NCBI GenBank assembly: GCA_041674765.1
Contig: JBAYVE010000003.1
Coordinates: 66,040-130,039, forward strand
Length of the DNA stretch: 64,000 nt
Source of the DNA: Patescibacteria group bacterium
Lineage (GTDB): Bacteria > Patescibacteriota > UBA1384 > XYA2-FULL-43-10 > 1-14-0-10-43-13
Direction: 5' to 3'
Below are positions 61,344-64,000 of this stretch, in pieces (positions within the stretch are counted from its first letter, which is position 1; the number at the start of each line of letters is the position of its first letter). The translations under genes and the position numbers were made by a program. The notes under the pieces are model-generated. The model made no database searches and had not been told where the DNA came from. It saw only the letters and a program-made list of their open reading frames with translations.

Positions 61344-61994
61344 TCAACTTATCATACTGCTAAGCTTCTTAATCGCAAGTTGTCCGATCCCACTTTCGAG
61401 GGAGAAATCGGCACAGATTTGGAGCCATTGCTCTTCCGTTAGCTGCATTTTCGCCAGAGAGGTAATCCCAACATCGTACAGATTATTCGTTGAAGTAATG
61501 TCCTTGATGAGAGCTATCCAATCATCAGCTTGCCCAACCTCGACCAGTCTCTCCGACACCTTACTTTTCCCCCGAATATCGCTATCCGGGATTGCTTGGT
61601 AAGCTGTCCGCCATTGCTGAAAAGTGATTGCGGTCGAACACATCTCACTCACAGCCTTGACCTCAAGCTGATTACCACGAGGGCATATGGCGTAGATATG
61701 GTGCCAATGATCGAAGCTAGCGGCTGTTTCGGTCATTTTCTGCAACACCGTTGATTTAAGCGTCTGGTGACTTTGCAAGGTTGCGCAGACTTCCAGCCAC
61801 TGCTCAAACGATGTTGCGCGTGTACAGAGGACCTTTATGACCGCAAGCTTGAGATTGCTACTGCCTCCTTTGGCGACTTCGAGCAACCGCTCGAAAGTAA
61901 ACTGTCCTATGAAATCAGGCGGCAATCTGTGCTGCCAGATTTCAAGTGCCTTAACAAAGCCGACCCGGCTAGCCATTTGATCAAAGGTATACAT
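61344..61994 (-). CDS. Hypothetical protein with internal (S/T)FxQW helical repeats. The start is taken at MYTFDQ behind an AGGAGAA ribosome-binding site.
   Basis: Repeats SFEQWLEVC, SFDHWHHIY, TFQQWRTAY and TEEQWLQIC spaced about 35-45 aa apart. Confidence 0.5.
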   Translation of the reverse strand: MYTFDQMASRVGFVKALEIWQHRLPPDFIGQFTFERLLEVAKGGSSNLKLAVIKVLCTRATSFEQWLEVCATLQSHQTLKSTVLQKMTETAASFDHWHHIYAICPRGNQLEVKAVSEMCSTAITFQQWRTAYQAIPDSDIRGKSKVSERLVEVGQADDWIALIKDITSTNNLYDVGITSLAKMQLTEEQWLQICADFSLESGIGQLAIKKLSSMIS

Positions 61995-62171
61995 CACGAT
62001 TCTCCTAATTGGAACTGGCTTAGTAAAAATTATATCAATATTGAACAAAAAGCAAGGGCTAGGAAAAGCTGAATATCAATTTTGAGTTATTTTCTTGACA
62101 AAAATAACTCCTTCACTTACAATATCACACAACGGTAGCCAAGCTATCGGTGTACAAAGGGGGTGATTCAC

Positions 62172-62204
62172 ATGGTGCTCAAGGGCCACTGTGGCGACGA
62201 CTAA
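62172..62204 (+). CDS. Tiny ORF MVLKGHCGDD (10 aa) behind a strong AAAGGGGGTGA ribosome-binding site.
   Basis: Read from the sequence, 6 nt between the ribosome-binding site and the ATG. Confidence 0.3.
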   Translation: MVLKGHCGDD

Positions 62205-62207
62205 GCC

Positions 62208-62282
62208 ATGCCACTAACCGACGCTATGTCGGATGACACGCGTGCGGGGAAGGGTTTTACCCTGAACCGCACGTATTTTTGA
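62208..62282 (+). CDS. Small ORF MPLTDAMSDDTRAGKGFTLNRTYF (24 aa) whose stop overlaps the radical-SAM gene start (TGATG).
   Basis: Read from the sequence. It is translationally coupled: the TGA at 62280-62282 overlaps the ATG at 62282-62284. Confidence 0.35.
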   Translation: MPLTDAMSDDTRAGKGFTLNRTYF

Positions 62283-63433
62283 TGAGGGGGACAAGAATTT
62301 TGAGAAAACGGTTTCATCTGGAGGTAACAGGCAAATGCAACCTTCGCTGCCGGTATTGTTACAACTCTGCCTTCAGTACTCCTGAACAGCTCGATAATGA
62401 GCTAACTCTCGAAGAACAGCTCATGCTGATCTCTCAGGCATCTACTATGGGTTGTAACAAGTTTATCTGGTCTGGTGGTGAACCTTTCATCTACGACCAT
62501 ATCTTCGACCTGATCGAAGCGTGTCCGAAAACGAGCCACGTCTCTGTGATCACCAATGCATCACATCTCGGCGATAGCATCATCGAGCGGCTCGACAGCA
62601 TTGAACAGTTCAAGGAGTTGAAGATTTCATGGGATGGCTTTAGCGCCCACGACTCAGTTCGACTAGGTAGTTCACACCAGCAAGTTTATGATGCTATCAG
62701 GTCGGCGCGATCACACGCTCCTCGACTCAACATCATCATAAACACGATGATGAGCAAATATAGTGCCGGTGAAATAGGCCGGCTCTATGGTACGCTCAAG
62801 GACCTTGGCGTCCACCATTGGCGCATTGATATGCCGTTCAACTCCGGCCGCTGCACAGAGAATGCCGACATTATGGACATATCCTTTGAGCAAATTGTCC
62901 TGACATATCGTGATCTGCTGACGCAGTACTTCGCGGACGGCAAGCCGATGATTCTGGAGGTGTTCAATGTCTATAAGTCGATGATGGGCACTGATGCCTA
63001 TTACGACTTTGACTCCAACGTACATCCGTGTGCGTACTACGACAATACCATTGTTATGCGGCCGAATGGCGACCTGACCTATTGTCCATCACTCGGTTTC
63101 CCGCTTGCCAACTGGCGAGACGGAAAAGATCTCGCTGAGACAGAGAGACTTGCTAATCTGCATCCTTATCACGACCTTTTGCTGAGCGATATCGGCGCAT
63201 GTCTGAATTGCCGCTATATGAAGCTGTGCGGGGGTGGATGCAGAGCGGATGCAATCACATGGGGCAGTAGACTTACAGGATGCGATCCCTTCAACTGTTC
63301 GATGATGCCATATATCGAGCGACACATCATACCGATTCTGCCGCCGGTAGAGCAAGCAATGTACAGGTACTACATCGATCCGTCGAAAAATAACCCACGC
63401 TCCTACGTCAAGGCCAGTGATATCGACGTCTGA
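62282..63433 (+). CDS. Radical SAM enzyme with a C-terminal SPASM domain.
   Basis: CNLRCRYC (Cx3Cx2C) and a SPASM CLNCRYMKLCGGGC (Cx2Cx5Cx3C), 384 aa; GC-rich. Confidence 0.85.
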   Translation: MRGTRILRKRFHLEVTGKCNLRCRYCYNSAFSTPEQLDNELTLEEQLMLISQASTMGCNKFIWSGGEPFIYDHIFDLIEACPKTSHVSVITNASHLGDSIIERLDSIEQFKELKISWDGFSAHDSVRLGSSHQQVYDAIRSARSHAPRLNIIINTMMSKYSAGEIGRLYGTLKDLGVHHWRIDMPFNSGRCTENADIMDISFEQIVLTYRDLLTQYFADGKPMILEVFNVYKSMMGTDAYYDFDSNVHPCAYYDNTIVMRPNGDLTYCPSLGFPLANWRDGKDLAETERLANLHPYHDLLLSDIGACLNCRYMKLCGGGCRADAITWGSRLTGCDPFNCSMMPYIERHIIPILPPVEQAMYRYYIDPSKNNPRSYVKASDIDV

Positions 63434-63466
63434 CCTTAGATTACACCATTGACCTCGCGCCTAAAT

Positions 63467-63501
63467 CATCCAGGCCGGCATACCAGCCGGCCTGGATTTT
63501 T
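63467..63501 (+). terminator. Strong terminator ATCCAGGCCGGC-ATACCA-GCCGGCCTGGAT followed by TTTTT.
   Basis: 12-bp GC-rich perfect stem plus a T-run. Confidence 0.85.
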
Positions 63502-63577
63502 ATTTACGTTGCAAAGATGATTGATTTGATAGATACTAAAAGGACGATAACTTAACTAACTTTTCTATTTGAAAATC

Positions 63578-64000
63578 ATGGAAAAAGATTACTCATATGG
63601 GATCATACCCATCAGAAAAACAGATGACGCGTATCAGTTCCTGATAATTCTCCATATGGCGGGGCATTGGGGTTTCCCGAAGGGACACAAAGAAGATGGC
63701 GAAAACGATAATGAAGCTGCCAGGCGTGAGCTACTTGAAGAGGTCGGTATCGGAGACATTCGAATTGACCAGTCGATTAAATTATATGATAAATATATTT
63801 ACTCGTTCAACGAAATCACCTATGACAAGACAGTAACTTATTTCCCCGGCTTTGTTCCGGAGAATATCGAGATCAAGATAGACCAAAAAGAAGTTGTAGA
63901 CTACAAATGGGCATCCTTTGAAGAGGCTTTGGATATTCTAACCTTTGATAATCAAAAAAATAATCTCAAAGAGATTAATAAGTGGTTGAATGATGATAGT
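63578..64000 (+). CDS. Nudix hydrolase; the 3' end is truncated by the window.
   Basis: Canonical Nudix box GHWGFPKGHKEDGENDNEAARRELLEEVGI. It starts at the ATG at 63578 and is in frame to the window end. Confidence 0.8.
   Translation, partial: MEKDYSYGIIPIRKTDDAYQFLIILHMAGHWGFPKGHKEDGENDNEAARRELLEEVGIGDIRIDQSIKLYDKYIYSFNEITYDKTVTYFPGFVPENIEIKIDQKEVVDYKWASFEEALDILTFDNQKNNLKEINKWLNDDS

Noticed and set aside
1-64000. A search for tRNA, rRNA and CRISPR arrays.
   Set aside because: No T-loop GGTTCGAATCC-like signatures, no rRNA-like conserved blocks, and no spaced direct-repeat arrays were seen in any intergenic region.

Overview
This is a low-GC (~38-40%) bacterial window whose gene content looks like a streamlined Candidate Phyla Radiation / Patescibacteria-like genome; that taxonomic call is inference, not a database result. 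The evidence is: no L30 gene, a type-Z S14, K/A/E-rich tails on several ribosomal proteins, short IF-2, Obg and ValRS, and many small hypothetical genes.

About 27 kb of the minus strand is one ribosomal super-operon. Read in the direction of transcription it is rpoB-rpoC, rpsL-rpsG, fusA-tuf, rpsJ, then rplC-D-W-B-rpsS-rplV-rpsC-rplP-rpmC-rpsQ-rplN-X-E-rpsZ-rpsH-rplF-R-rpsE-rplO, and finally, after a three-gene insert, secY-adk-map. Three things interrupt that order: a GC-rich lipoprotein gene between fusA and rpsG, a three-gene insert plus terminators between rplO and secY, and a ~620-bp structured non-coding spacer between rpsJ and rplC.

Downstream of the operon come obg, a LysM-CHAP hydrolase, a c-di-AMP module (cdaA-cdaR), infB, gyrA-gyrB, a small envelope-glycan cluster (DUF4012-like protein, a GT4 glycosyltransferase and a polyprenyl-phosphate sugar transferase), valS, a GC-rich island carrying a GreA-like factor and a small (p)ppGpp hydrolase, a ThiF(E1)-MFS-adenylating-enzyme cluster with an orphan histidine kinase, a cysteine neighbourhood (cysS, cysK, CyuA-like desulfidase) and a GC-rich radical-SAM/SPASM locus with two tiny upstream ORFs.

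The observations most worth a second look are: a Cys-codon leader peptide plus terminator upstream of cysK (probable attenuator); a conserved ~35-nt promoter-like motif placed directly before four ribosomal-protein genes; the rpsJ-rplC spacer, which may be an RNA; a candidate RiPP locus at the radical-SAM gene; and the E1-MFS-GH3/PaaK-like cluster. No rRNA, tRNA or CRISPR array was seen.
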